Shown here: piece after piece, positions 50,421-63,951 of the stretch
Position numbering within the stretch: the first letter of the stretch is position 1
Layout of the letters: the number at the start of each line of letters is the position of its first letter
From: Atractiella rhizophila
Taxonomy: Eukaryota
Assembly: GCA_021432655.1 (NCBI GenBank)
Contig: MU271412.1
Span: forward strand, 1 to 64,000
Reading direction: 5' to 3'
DNA: 64,000 bases
Program-made: the position numbers and the translations under genes
The notes under the pieces: model-generated
The model's database searches: none
The model's input: the letters and a program-made list of their open reading frames with translations, nothing else
What the model was told of the DNA's origin: nothing

Positions 50421-51779
50421 GGAAGAAGCTGCTGACTTTAATGGCTCGCAGCGCATTATGCAATGTATAATCAGATCAATAATCTCAACATGCTGACAAC
50501 AGCGGACAAAAACAGTGACGGACGAGGACGGATGAAGATTAATCCTCCATGATTCCTTGAGCTTGACGTGAGACTATTCACAGAATGAGTTACCTTTAAT
50601 CAGAGTCTTTCCAGCCGCGAGCAAAATAAACATGGGACTATGCCTTTCTTTCCTTCTCTCGTGCAGGTGAGCCAGGAGGGCGAATCTTCCCCCTACCATG
50701 GTTCTCGTCTGCAGTTGCTGCATCCCGGTGTTCAGCACGCGGCTCTTCTCCACTTCCTGGCTCAAATGGGAGCGACTTTCTCCTCCCACTCCTGTACAAA
50801 CTGTGTTAGAACAGCGGACCGTTCACTCACATAACTCCCATCACAATCGCCCTTCTCTTCCGTTACCCAGCAGAACTAGTATTCACAACTCGTTTGTTAC
50901 GAGTGCATTAAAGCAGGAGGTTCAATGAAGCAATGAAATCTAATCTGTTTCGGAGGCATGAGTGCGGCGCTTAGATAGAAACCGCACCCGAATGGAAGAG
51001 GTCGCTGAAGCAATAACCTCTTTGGTAGGACCAGAGCGAAAGGGACTTTGCTTCAGTCTATGCAGCGTGGTATTCTATCGATTTCCGCCGAGATGTAATA
51101 CGGCTGGGTCCCCAATGAGCTTATGTTTCTTTCCTGCGACGATTCTGCCCGATGTGCTTCATAACAAAATGGTCGTAACTGTTGGAGGATACCACAAAGG
51201 AACAAAGAGCAGTGATAGGGTACGACGAGAAAGCGAAGCGGAGGATTTAGAGCGAGATAGAGAGATTTAAAGATCTTGCAGGAAACCACGGAGTTGTCAT
51301 CTAGTCGTTTATCTATTAATTCGGAAGCTTATGCGTGTTCTAGGATGATCTCGTAGGGGAACTACCAGGCCCGGATTGCGAGAGGTCCAACCATCCTGCA
51401 TTTCCCCCGTAGCGATGTTGAGATGGGAGGTGGAAAAGTGGAGTATGTGCATGCAACAAAGGAGGAGAGCTGCATTTCTATAAGGGCAAGTTTTGGAGGA
51501 ACAGTGTTACCTCGTATATTTAAATTATTGATACTACCTCCAATTGGTCCGATCTTACTTTACAAGGGTAGTTCAAGCAGTTCAAGTAGGGTTCAAGTTG
51601 TTGTTCCTTCCCGCGTTCGGGTAGAAATACCTTCAACATTGCGGCTCAAACAGAAGCGAAGAAGCCGGGGCGGTGAGGATGGGCAGTCGACGGACAGCTG
51701 AACTTGAGCAGCTTAAACTTGCCTGAACGCTTGTATAACATATCTTGGTGGTTGAAGTTGTGACTGGGAGCTCGTGCAG

Positions 51780-53721
51780 ATGGATCCTCAGACGTTTAAT
51801 CACGCTTTCCACACTGTGAAGACGAGCGGGCATAGGTACCGTAAGTACTTCCTTTCTGGATGTGTGGTAGAGTGGGAATGGAGAAAGATTAGTCCATGCA
51901 ATACTCTTGTTTGAAGGCAGACCAGCTTTCTGAGAATCCTGCGTTCCCGGAATTGAAACTCAACACTTTACGACCTCAAACTACCTTCCTATATTAATAT
52001 GCATTTCTACTACTCGACTGTGGCTTTCGGAGTCCAAAGTGTCAACTTTCTTTGGGCTGTTCTACATTCTCTTCTGCTTGTGACATGCTCTCACAGTCAG
52101 GTGTTATGACCCAAAAGCATGCCAGGATCCACAATTGCCTTCCTCCCAATTCTCAATCATTACAACATAACGCTCATGACTGGTTACACAGATTACATTG
52201 ACGAAAAGCCTGCTTCATATGACCCGAAGAAGCATCCCACTATCCTATGTTGTCACGGCTTCCCTGAGCTCATGACTGGTTACACAGATTACATTGACGA
52301 AAAGCCTGCTTCATATGACCCGAAGAAGCATCCCACTATCCTATGTTGTCACGGCTTCCCTGACCTGTACGCTTATTTCCTTCCCTACCTCGTGTTCACT
52401 GACCATTCATATTCGTGCAGGTGGTGGGGTTACCGCTATCAGATTCGACCCTTCGTAGAACAAGGCTGGAGGGTTATTGTCCCCGACCAACTGGGATATG
52501 GAGGAACCGTACGCCAGTCCTACATGGAGAACTTACAACGCGAATCTGACAAATGGACAGGATAAACCGAAGGAGTTGGAGAAATACGGGTATAAGAGTA
52601 TTGCGAGGGATTTGAAGGAGCTTTTGGAAGATGGTGCTGGTTTAGCGAAAGAGGACAAGATATTGATTGTATGCCATGACTGGTACGCCGTCCCGGATCT
52701 ATTTCATCCTGTTCGAACCTGAAATTATGCAAGGGGAGCAATAATAGGACAACGTTTCTGGCTCTACTACCCAGACAAAGTCCAAGGCATCGTGTCGTTC
52801 GTCTTTTCATCTCGAGAGTATGCAACAGAAATGGATCAGGAATAGATAGCATCTGCGTTCCATTCACCCCTGCCTCGTCAGCCGTGAAAGGAGACTTTGT
52901 ACCTCTGGAAACAATGGTCAAGACTTCGGTGCCAACATTTGGGTATGTCCCTCCGCAAGGAATCTTCACTATCTGACACTCGTACAAACAGCTATCAGCT
53001 CTTCTTCGCTTCGAAAGCAGGCACCGAACTCCTTGACAAGGCACCTGCCACCTTCCTCGCCCCCTCGTTCGGATTCGCGAGCCACAGCAATCAACCGCAA
53101 GAGAAGAGCGGACGGTGGGCTTATGAAGGCGAGATGGAAAAGAACACAAGGAAACAGTTGGCGATGGGAAGAGAGGAAATGATTCTGAAATCCGGAGTGT
53201 TGGATAAGGATCCGGTATGCAGCTATCTTCTTCCACTGCACGTCTTGGACTGGCCGCTCATTGGAGGAAGTAGGAGTTGAGATACTATTATGAAAATTTC
53301 AAGAAAGGTGGATTCGAATATCCTCTCAATTACTACAGGAACCGAGAGATCAACTGGGATGATGAGAAGAGTACGTTTACCTTCTCCATTTACAAACCTC
53401 GCTCATAGGTCACACAACTCAGATCTTCCCGTCTCGTTCCCTCCCATTGCACCGGCTCTCTTCATCTCTCCCACTCACGACGGTGCCTTGCCCCTCGGGC
53501 TGTCGAAGGCCAAATCGATGTGGCGCGCTTTCCCATCCAAGAACCTGTGGTGGACAAAACTGTCGGATGGAAGCGACCATTGGGCGCTCCAGGATCCGCG
53601 ATTCAGGGATGAGTTAACGGACATCTTGATCAAGTGGAACAAGGGCGTATTGCAGGGAAAATGGAGGTCGAAGACTAATTTCTCAGAGGATAAGGACGGG
53701 AGGAGGGTAGCTAAGTTGTGA
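51780..53721 (+). CDS. Alpha/beta-hydrolase, soluble epoxide-hydrolase-like
   Basis: MDPQTFNH first exon, CHGFPD, YRYQI, VIVPDQLGYGGT, nucleophile CHDW|G, PLNYYR, catalytic 'DHW'; C-terminal AKL* (PTS1-like). Confidence 0.88.
52172..52363 (+). repeat. Exact 2 x 96-bp tandem duplication
   Basis: 52172-52267 is identical to 52268-52363 (GCTCATGACTGG...GGCTTCCCTGA). Confidence 0.97.
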
Positions 53722-53753
53722 GAAGTGGATGTGATCTTGGTATGATTGTGTCG

Positions 53754-54308
53754 TTAAAAGGAAATACTTGGAATGCAGCGACAATCAGTTACGTTTCCCT
53801 GATTTCTTCGGGTTGAGGTGTCAAGTCGGTCCCTCTGCCCACTAACAGGGTCGGAGCGGAATGGAAAGGGTATGGAGGAGAGGGCCGCTCGGTCTTGGAA
53901 ATATTGGGCAGACGAGCCAAAAGAGTATATTCCATGCGAACATTCAGGAACGAGGGTAAAGAACGGCAACAGGATGTTGAACATTGAATATTGAGCAACT
54001 TGAATAACGTGTGTGTTCGACCATCGAGATGGGTTTGGAGGACAAAGAGACGATACACGGGTGAACAGCATTGAAAAGTCCAAGTCTTGAGTGGCACCAG
54101 AACGAAATGTAAACAGCGACCCCCTTTCACTCCTTCCAAGGGCGAGGAGTACCGACCCACAGAACGCTGACTTCGTCATCGTCTCCCCGTTTCTCCTGCA
54201 AAAGTGTCATTGTCTCTCCCTTGCGAAAATATGAAGACGTACTTGGGGGATGACAAGGGCACTGACGGCCACGAGAACGGTGGTGAAGAGAACGAGTGAG
54301 AACTTCAT
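53754..54308 (-). CDS. Candidate small secreted protein (3' structure uncertain)
   Basis: ATG at 54308 encodes MKFSLVLFTTVLVAVSALVIP followed by a GTACGT donor; the acceptor near 54196 leads into the 54179-53754 ORF frame. Confidence 0.45.
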
Positions 54309-55079
54309 ATTACTCTTTGATCAATCAAGTCAGATGGGCAGCACATGGCAGCGATAAGACCTACGACGATGGATTGTTCTCTGCTAACGCTTAGCTTCGA
54401 AGATCTCGAGATGGGGCGATCAATTTGGAGGGGCTTCCTTTTTATGGTCGCCCAGTTCCAAGGTGCATTCCGTGACAGCTGAGCTTCTTCGATGCCAGGA
54501 TTTACTTGGCGCCTCCAGATTCTGAATTCCATCTGAAAGTGTTCAATCTCAGGACCTCGTTTGTATTGACCCTGAACATTTTGAATGTTGGGGAATTACA
54601 GGAATAATTTCAGGCAGCAGCTGATGATGAAGGAAGATCACAGGAATAATGTCTGAAATAGAAAAATGGCTGTTCTTCAGACGTTCCTTGATTAGAACAA
54701 TTGTTTCCATTTACTCGGCGTGTTCGGAGCCCACCGAACTAGATTAAATAGTACTGTAATTGTAGCGCCTCCTGCTGAAGCGCTGGAACAATCTTTGCTG
54801 TGATTGCGTGTCATGCATGGAGCTCAGTTTCTGAGAGTGAACTTGAAGTCGGCGCAAGATCTTCCCTTCCCTTCCCAATCAACAAGTTACCGTGCCAGGG
54901 GATGGTCTCCCCGCTTCGATGACCAAGCAATAAGCAACAGCTCCACCGGCCCAAGCAGAATCATCTCCTCCTGTGGTCTAAATAAAAGGCACCCTCTCAA
55001 TATTCCTACCTAGGTCACCCATTTACCTACTAGTGCTCATCAAACAGCTCGGAGAACAGAACAGCTCGACGCAAACTGA

Positions 55080-55674
55080 ATGGAGGATCCCAAAACCTAT
55101 CCCCGCCCTCCTAAGCTCGATCCATCTAGCAAGAGAGTACGAGTTGTATGGCATGGCAATGGAGAAGCTGAAGAAGTCGTCATCGTAGACACAACTCGAG
55201 CCGTTAGAGTGCTGGAGACGAACCATCCGCCAGCGTGGTACCTTCCTCCAGAAGATGTGAAGATGGACCTCTTGAAAGTGCACGAGGACAAAACGACTCA
55301 TTGTCCTGTGAGCTCTCCCTTCTGCACTGGCAACATAGATGATCAATCTGATTGCTGGACGCGTTCAGTGGAAGGGAGACGCGACTTATTATGACCTTGT
55401 GTTGCCTTCGTCCAACACACCGGCCGTTGAATCGCGCATCTGGAGCTACCACAATCCAATTCCAGATTTCAAAGAGTTAAAAGGGTTCTTGGCTTTCTAT
55501 CCCAGCTCTTCAAATCAAGGCAGCTCCGCTGGAGGCTGGAAAGCCTATGTCGATGACGAGGAGGTACAGTCCCTTCGTCCTGCTTCGAAGAGAGTTTTGA
55601 CCTAACGGCAGGTTCATGCTGAGGCGAACGAATACTACGGGGGCTGGTATACTCGAGATGTCATAAAGAATTGA
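55080..55674 (+). CDS. DUF427 domain protein
   Basis: YPRPP, RAVRVLETNHPPAWYLP, THCP|WKGDATYY, WSYHNP, YYGGW motifs. Confidence 0.88.
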
Positions 55675-56024
55675 AATAGTTTCTGTTTGACTGCAGAAAG
55701 CTGCCTGACGCTGATTGATTTGATCCGCTTTGAATTGGAATTATCCCAATCCCGATTGTAACTATTATCCATGTAATGTTAACGCTCTGTGTTCCAACGC
55801 GTATCCCTGCCAGCATCCAGCGGTGACAGTACAAGCAACAGCCAGAGTCTCAACCGTCGCTTCCACCATCCTATTGCCGATACAAGCCGATAGAAGAATC
55901 CCAATGACGACACCGTTTTCTGACATTACAGGACATTAGACAGCTGTTATAAAGGACGCACCTCCCACTATCCTCTCTGTCTTAACACGTCATCTAATTA
56001 GCTAAGACACAATCGCAAATCAAC

Positions 56025-57320
56025 ATGTCAGACAAACAAAGTGTATGGGCCGTTCTCGTGACCCAGGTACGTTCCATGAAAATGTCGAGCCATTGCTGAG
56101 AGCGGAAGAGTAGGAATCGTACATCCCCGGAGTTTTGGTCTTACATCACTCGCTGAAGGAGCAGAAGACGGTCTATCCCCTCGTGGTTCACGCACTTGCC
56201 AAGTTGCCACAGAAAGCGAGGGATGTACTTCAAATTGCAGGGATTGAGGTCATCGACGAGGAACCTGTTTTGCCTGTCCGTCAAACACCTCCCACCAAGT
56301 TAACTTTCTGACGAAGGCCACGTCAGGGCGGGAAGAACGCTCACAAGATCAACAACCTGTTCCGTCCTCGATTCGCAGATGCATACTCGAAGTTGAAGCA
56401 AGTGTCCTGGGACCAATACGCCGTATGTTTCTCCAACCTTCCGTCGAAAGACTTGACATCCAATATTGACAAGGAGCGGAGATAGCGTGTTGTAAGCCTC
56501 GACGCCGACATGCTGGCCCTTCAAAGCATTGACGAGCTCATGACCCTCCCCCTCGAGAAGGACCAAATCGCCGCTGCTCCCGATTGCACCTGTAACTTCA
56601 ATAAACACGAAGAGTTCCCGAGCGATTGGCAAGTTCTTTCTTATGTTACGCCAGCGCTGCGACATGGTACTAATTAGAGGGAATGCGAAGGACACCAACC
56701 AACTGTGCTTATGCTCAACCGCAGCCCCTTGTCTTGACGGCGGATTCTCACAGGTAGACAAATCCTCCAGCTGCTCTAGTAAACAACTGGTGATAACCCT
56801 CTTTTTCGCAGAAATCACCACATTTTCAACAGTGGCTGCACAGTCTACACGCCATCGAAGGAAGGATGGGAGAAGTTGAAGGATCGTCTGGACAACGACG
56901 ATACTGTTCCAGATCTCATATTCGGGGATCAAGGCATATTCATTCTTTCTGCCTTAGCAATGAATGGCTGACTGAAGTATATTTGGATAGAGTTCCTCCG
57001 GTTCCACTACCGCGGAAGATATGTCCCTCTCCCCTGGCAATACAATGCCTTGAAAACTCTATCCTTCACTCATCCTGAGGTATTCAACCTGCAAGAAGTC
57101 AAGATTCTGCATTATACAATGGACAAGGTTTGCCCTCTCCCCGTCCACAGGTATTCGAAGTTGATGAAGGGAGTAGCCTTGGGAGAGAAGACACCCTGTC
57201 GATCCAAGGCTGGAGAATCTGAATGTAATATGGAGAGAAGCTTATGCAAATTTTGAGAAAGATTGGAAGAAAGAAGGGAAAGGCATGTGGGAGTATATCG
57301 AGAGTTTGATTCACGAGTAG
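56025..57320 (+). CDS. Glycosyltransferase family 8 protein
   Basis: Spliced 'WAVLVT|..YIPGVLVLHHSL..YPLVV', 'FADAYSKL', 'RVVSLDADML', 'CTCN', 'FGDQ', 'LPWQYNALK', 'VKILHY..K|PW'. Confidence 0.85.
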
Positions 57321-58670
57321 ATGATTGAAGAGGAAACATTGTCTTAGAAGTGTCTAGAAAGCTGGGAATGCACGAACCTGTCTTTTTGTCTACAGTGGTT
57401 CTTCTACAGTGTTAATCAGAAACGGTCAGGGGAACGATCGATAAAACAAGCTCACAGAAGTAACCGCTTCCTTGACAGTTGACACAGGGCATAACATCAA
57501 TGATAGCCATATCCCATCTTCCGTGGACCTCCACGAAGCACGAAGAGATTGACTACACACCTGCCCACTAACTTCCTGTGCTGCCAGCATGGTCTAAGGG
57601 CGACCCACCTGGACGTCTCGTACTTTGGCTTTGGGAATTCGATCCAAATTCAACGAGCTTCCGGACGCCTCAAGTCAAGGTCCAAGCTGAACAAAAATCT
57701 GGTCCGCACGTGGCACGATCTCGATACGTCGCGTAGAATATCATTCAACGCTCCAGTCCCCGGGTCCCCACAGCTTCGACGTGCTCGACCATTAGTCCAA
57801 TGCCCAAATGCCCTCTTCTTTCCAACTCCTTTCTTGCACATCAGTCACGATCCCATCTCTATCATTCCCTTTTTCCCTACCCTGTATTCTCCCTCAAAGA
57901 TGTGAACGCAGCTGGTCAGGTAGCCGGAACGGCGAAGATACCGGTTCGAAGTGGAATTGACGGGTCTATTGGTTGTGCCTAGTCCAGGATGAGGGATGAA
58001 CAGATAGAGATTCATCCTCACCAAGGTAGGTTTTTCTTTTGAGTGTTGAGCCAAAAAGGGTGGATCCGAAGGAAGGAGTCTCCTTGGTGCTTACGGTTCC
58101 GTGCTTGATTGCTCGACTGAATGCTCAAGGTGAACTGCGAGTCTGAGGAGCATGAGGTACAATAACATCAAAATCTCTCAGTAATACCAGCACCCGTCTT
58201 GCTTCCTGGGGAACTGAATCCTTCTTAGGACCTTAGTCACTATTGGCTTTGATGACTTCCGCTCACTTCCGTCAAATTACTCCGAGGTGACATTAAAGTC
58301 GATGCCTTATGGTGAATGTGATCTATATCTGTCACTCAAACTGGCTGAAAACTATGAGTACGCACTGCAATATGAGCTTGTGCTTTTCAGCAGAGGGGGA
58401 AGCGGGATGATCAAGACAACGGCGCCGTCTTCCCACTTCGTTCCGTTCACCTGCAGAAGGAAGTTTACCTTCCTGCAAGTGTGCGGGGAGCCGAGAATGG
58501 TTGTATGGAAGACGTATTCAATGGATTGATGGGTCCAAGACCTCCGCCTTAAATGTGAAGCCATCCTGTGTTCAGAAGTTTTCGGATAAAATATTTCGCA
58601 TGCTGTCCATCCGTCACAAGTTAAATATTGGTACAAAGTGGCTGGCATCCCATCTAAATTGAAGGCAGAA

Positions 58671-59221
58671 TCAGGCTGATGATAATCGAATGTGATGCAT
58701 TCGTCCCTCAGAATCGAGGTCGTAGCGGGCAAAGACCCTGATCTCCTCTCTTGTCCCTACTGGCTTATCCGTGTCCTTCGGCAGAATGTTACCTCGCCCT
58801 GTAAAAACGTATTCGTAAACAAGCTCAGCGGCGCATCCAGCTGCTCTATAGTCAAGTATCATCCACTGTTCAGCACGACTCAGTGATGTTCTTCAATAAA
58901 AGGAACTCGCACATTTACTGTTGCCGTGTGGCTCCAAGTAATGTTAAAGCTCTTCAAATGCTCGATGATGACGTCTCTTCCAATGTATGTACGCTCTCCG
59001 CGTTGTTCTAGCGTTACTTGAGGGTTATAGAACCTCTAGGAATACGGGAACGTCAGCCGTCGGAGTGGCAGGTAACTTCCGCTCACCAGCCCCAGTTCGT
59101 CATACCTCTTTTCGTTGTAACAGTTGACATACTGGTAATAATCCTCCCTGGAGTGAATACCGACGCGATGATCAGGGATAGTCTCGCCCAAAATGTCGTG
59201 GAAAGTTACTGGTCGTGTCAT
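58671..59221 (-). CDS. SnoaL-like / NTF2-fold protein 1
   Basis: Spliced 'REDYYQYVNCYNEKRYDELGL|RFYNPQVTLEQ...GRDVIIEH...AAEL...FARYDLDSEGRMHHIR'. Confidence 0.65.
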
Positions 59222-59838
59222 TGAATGGAAGAAGTTGGTGCCACAGTAGTGTGTTCAAGTTAGCTGAATTGAAGGTGGATGCTGATCAGCTTTTTGAAGC
59301 TCGGATTCGCTTGTCCGTTCAATGACCAATCTAATGGCCGTTTAGCCGTTGTTTGCTGTTTCCGCTTCTGACAGGAGATCAGATCAATCAGATCTTACAT
59401 CCGTGACAGCGGGAGAAGCAGCTGTTGATCCTGTTGAGCAAGCATATTCTCTCCTGTCCACTTTTCGTCCGCACTCGTGATAAAACCAACACATTGGCAG
59501 TACCCCGGCTTATTTCAAATCACTCCTTATTGTACTATGGAGAATGAACGTTAATGAACTGGATACCGGCGTTTGGCCACTGCGATTCTTTAGAGTGTCC
59601 TTCTGTAGAATGTTCCCGTCCTCTCGATTTGAGATCAGAATAAACAGCAGAATAATTGTCTTGTTGTTGGTGACCTCATTCCATTAGACAACTGCCCAGA
59701 AGCACAGCCCTTAAGAATTTCAGAATTTTATATTACAGGTGGAACGCATTGCTCAATTATTCATGATCGGCAAGAAAGGTACAACAACACTCTGAAAAAC
59801 ATGTTCCTTTTTACGAAGAAGTTCGCAAATCGTTCCGT

Positions 59839-60800
59839 TCATGTGTTTTGGTCAAAGACACTTGCTCCGATGGTTCTTTCCGGTTCAGGGATCAACCTGA
59901 TCTTGGACACTCTTCTTTCATCATCCAGGTCGTAATGAGCCCATATCATCGTTGTTGAGCTCGTAATCTGGCCGGAAAGAAGTATCGAAGGACTCTGCTG
60001 TTTGCGAGACAGCTCAACCTCCACTTCAGCGGCGAGAGTTCGCCCGCCAGGATGGTAACCAAGCCACTGTTGGTACGTTCGTCATCTCGCATCGCGGGAA
60101 CTTTCTACCAAATACGAAATAAGAGCTTACCCTGATTCTACGAATTTGCCTATCCCAGGTTCGGCGGAATCTTTGCATAGTGACGATGAGCACGTCGACG
60201 CTGGAGAGTGTCGGTTGTCCTGGTTGACTGAAAGCGAGATTTCGAGCCCAGAACCTCTGCTGCCGTGTCAACGGAACGGCCGAAATACTACCCAACGAAC
60301 GAAAAACTCACAGTCCTCAGGAGTTCCCAATCTTCGCGATTGAGCGCAGCGACGTATTCGTCAAAGTCACTTGCGGACTGGATACCCACAGCAGGGGCGA
60401 CAGGCTGGTGGAGCAGATGTGCCAGGGAATGAGGAAGTGACATGGTGTCGAAAGCAAACGGCGAAAATTACGGCCGTTGACCCTCAAACTGCATTTTTAA
60501 AGCGTGGAAGTTCAGATTGGGCACAACTCAGAACGTGTTGGTGCTCTAATCACGATGACGAGAAGGTGTTGTCCTTTGACCACTGTTTCTTGGTCTCGTG
60601 AGCTCTCCGCCTGTACTTGATCGCTGCTTACACCTGCTCGCCATATTTCCCATCGTCATGCGTATGGATTGCGTGAAACTTACCATGTCCAGTGACTATT
60701 CGAGCAATATCTTTGCGACAAGAGATGAGCAGCGTCCAATAGTCCCTACTCGCCCGGGTGAATATCGCAAGATCTCATCTTGATCGGAAGTCCTTGTCAT
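59839..60800 (-). CDS. SnoaL-like / NTF2-fold protein 2 (5' exons uncertain)
   Basis: 'DFDEYVAALNREDWELLRT|RFWARNLAFSQPG...WAHYDLDDERRVSKIRL' parallels the neighbouring gene. Confidence 0.55.
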
Positions 60801-61250
60801 GTTGTCGGCGAGCTCCCTTTGCAATAACAACTGCTATTGACGAACGAGAAGACGACGAAGATGCAAGTTTTCGGAGCAGTCGATTTTTTTTTTGGCTCTA
60901 CTGCTCCCATGGGTCGACTGGTGTTTGAGGGGCAGTGAATAGCCTCAACTTTCTTAAAACAGCTACTGTATTTGGGTTATCGCTAGGAGTAAACTTGAAT
61001 TTCGAGGCCCATACATCCTGCTCCTTAAAATTTACGCGAAGGTTGATGTTTGTAGCGTCGGTCGATTAATATCATGCTCAGGAAGATAAACAAGTCGTCT
61101 CTTGGTGAGAGAGATTGACAGGTCGGCCAGTTCGGGTGAGTTTAGGGGGAAACGGATCGATTAACCAAAGCTACAAATCGATTATTCGACACGGGTCTAA
61201 CATAACATGTTCTTCTTACTTCGCTCCGAACTACCAGGTCGACAGCACGC

Positions 61251-63951
61251 TTAATCGACCCGGATCCTCGAGCTGTTCACAAGGGAGATCAGGAAAGCCT
61301 TGTACGAACGAAGGGGAAACGTAGACGCACTAAATTTTGGTAAGGAAGAAATAGGTGGCCAAGAACCCGATCGTTCCGGTGACCATGAAGTCGAGCAGGG
61401 AGATGAGGATGAGATAGCCAATGTAAAGGAATTTGCTCGCGAAACCTTCCAGGCTGAGTCTCGTTGCCCAATACACCAGTCCGTACCTGTCCACGCCGCA
61501 ACAGAACGTCAGCATGTTGCTCGCGGTCGCAAGTAAGGAGGAACAGGAACGAACCCAAAGAGCCAGAAAGCGCTGCCTCCACCAGTGACGAAAGCCCTCC
61601 AATGCCACCTATACTCCTCCCCACACAGGTGGAAGTAACACATCAAGATCGTGACGGTGGCGGTAGTTAGAGCGACGACGAAGAAGGTGAGGGCGAGGAA
61701 ACCAAAGGCATAGTAAGCTTTGGAGCCAAAGAGGGAGGAGAGAACGAAGAAGAGCTCGAGGAAGGCGGCTGCCCCAGGGATGTTAAGTATGAGTGACAAA
61801 GGGGATAAAAGTTATCAGGACGCACCGCCGAAGGGGAGTATGCCTGCTAACAAAGCTGAGGGGATGGGTTTGAGGTACCAGATCAGAGGAGGAATTTGCC
61901 TCGGAATTTGGTTGACTCGTGTAGGGTGGGAGATGGGCTGCAACATCAGAGACGAGGACAGTGTTAATCCGAAGTGTAACCAAACTGCCAAAGTGGAAAG
62001 TGAGCGTACCCCTTTTCGGATGCCGTATATGGATCCAATGACGGTGAGGGGGACGTTGATGAGGAACCACAGCGCGATGATGGCGATGAAAGTGCCTTCA
62101 GAGCAACATCAGCTCCACTCCTCACAATGCGGCAGGGGACCTACCGAACGGTACGGCACCGGAGCTTCCACTGGCAATCAAGACGAAATTGAGGGCATTA
62201 AGGGCAGCAAATAAGATCCTGAGCGTACAACAGGCCGTCAGATCGAGCTAGATGGAGGAGGATAGAGAAGAGACGCACGTAGGGAAGAGCAAGGAAGTCC
62301 ACAAGATGTTTTGCCTGATCTTCTCGCCTCCGAGGGTCAGATAGGTTCGGGAGGAAAAGTATCCTGCAACAGCGCCGAAGAAAGTGTAGCAGACGATCAT
62401 CACCGTCGATAGTGAACCGCGGTTGGAGGGTGAGAGGAAGCCGAGCAGAGCGAAAACTGTTGGGCCATCAGCCTTGTCCAGGTTGTTTCGGGGATTAGGG
62501 GACGAACAAAGTGTTACTCCCGACATAGCTGTCAACTGTGCTCCACTCCCAATGGTTATAGAAAGTAACATAGGATGGTCTGGCCTCCTGAACACTTCTC
62601 CATGTACAAGTTTCCATCCGAAGTCTTCCTGCACGTCCTCCTGCATCCGCGCACGTCAAGCGTCAAAAGCGGAATCAACAATGGGAGAGAAGGCGCGGGG
62701 TGACATACGGTCAAGTCAAAGGCGTTGTACCTAGAGATATCTCGATGGACGGTCCTCAAGAGAATCATGCCGACCATGACACAGAGGAAGACGGCGATGA
62801 CGATGGAGTTTATGAGCGAGAAGAAGTGGATCTTTGGGTCGAAGATGTGGAGATAGTTGTCCCATCTGGTTGCCCAAGGCGTTGCGCTTTCCTGTGCCCC
62901 ACCAAATGGTACGGCAGTCAGTCCATCGATCTTTGGCTTAAGACGGGTGACGCAGTCGGGGTAAAAGAGTAGGAAGGAGGGGTCTCACCGCCCAATAAAC
63001 GCTGTAAGTGATCCCATACTCTTGCACCGAAAACGCATTGTTGTTTGTCTGATCCAAACTGAAGGGTTCCGTCAGGTCACAATTAGCGGTGGGAGCTCCA
63101 TGGGGCATGGAATTGACGGAACGAGGGTAGACGAGAACGCCCACGACTCGTCGTTTACCGTCTGGGCGTACGTGGTACCTTTTCGTTGTACAATTCAGTT
63201 CAACCGTTTTTGTATGGAAAAGCTAATAGGGGAAGAGGGGAGGGACGGACTGGAGGTAGATGTCATAGTGGTTGTTGTACCACGGATTGGGACCGTCTGT
63301 GTTCGTGCCCAGCTCGAACCCGGTGGAATAGAAGACTTCCTGTGTCTTTTCTTCTCTCTTCATCTGCGCGGCGGGGAGGCCATCGACTAGCCTGTTTCAA
63401 ATGCTCGTCAATGGGACGAAGATGGAGAGGGAAACAAGGTGCAAACGACGAACCAATTAACCGCATAGCCCTCCCTAATTCGATCATTGATAAATTTTGC
63501 GTCCTTCCAATTGATCCTCTGCAAACATAAGGGCTTGCACGTCTCGTTCTTCCCCATCTTTATCTGAAAAGGGGAGCTCTCTATTCTGTCTCCAAAGAGG
63601 ATGCTCCCCAACGATTCCGATTGCTTCTTCGGGCCGTTCTTGGGTCGACAGAAGTGTAGCTTGGGATCGTAGTAGTCGTAGGAGAGCACGGAGCGGATGG
63701 AGGAGTCGCTGTTGATTAGGGGAGTAAGGGAATTGACCTGTTCCAACCTCAAGTCAGTATGTACCTCACCTGAACATGCAATGATAGGCATCCAACTTCG
63801 TGGGGACTATACATGTTCAGGAGAAACATACGTAGAGTGGGACGAGGTCTCCCTCGTCATAGTCGTGGGGTGCAGCACCTGGAAGATAAAAAGCGTTGAC
63901 GAGCGTCGAGAACGTCGCCAGGGCCGCGACTGGAGTCCACAACCGGACCAT
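61251..63951 (-). CDS. Transmembrane 9 superfamily (EMP70/TMN) protein
   Basis: Signal peptide + AFYLPG, SESLGSILFGDRI, RWDNYL, IHFFS, EDFGWKLVHGEVFR, FLSPSNRGSL, RVNQIPRQIP, EEYRWHWRAF, C-terminal 'RVD*'. Confidence 0.95.

Noticed and set aside
50460..51770. Several short ORFs on both strands
   Set aside because: No coherent splice model or motif could be built.
56300..56932. 210-aa minus-strand ORF
   Set aside because: Antisense to the GT8 gene, whose motifs are on the plus strand.
57549..58650. Possible third SnoaL copy or other gene
   Set aside because: ORFs lack the shared SnoaL motifs and give no consistent gene model.
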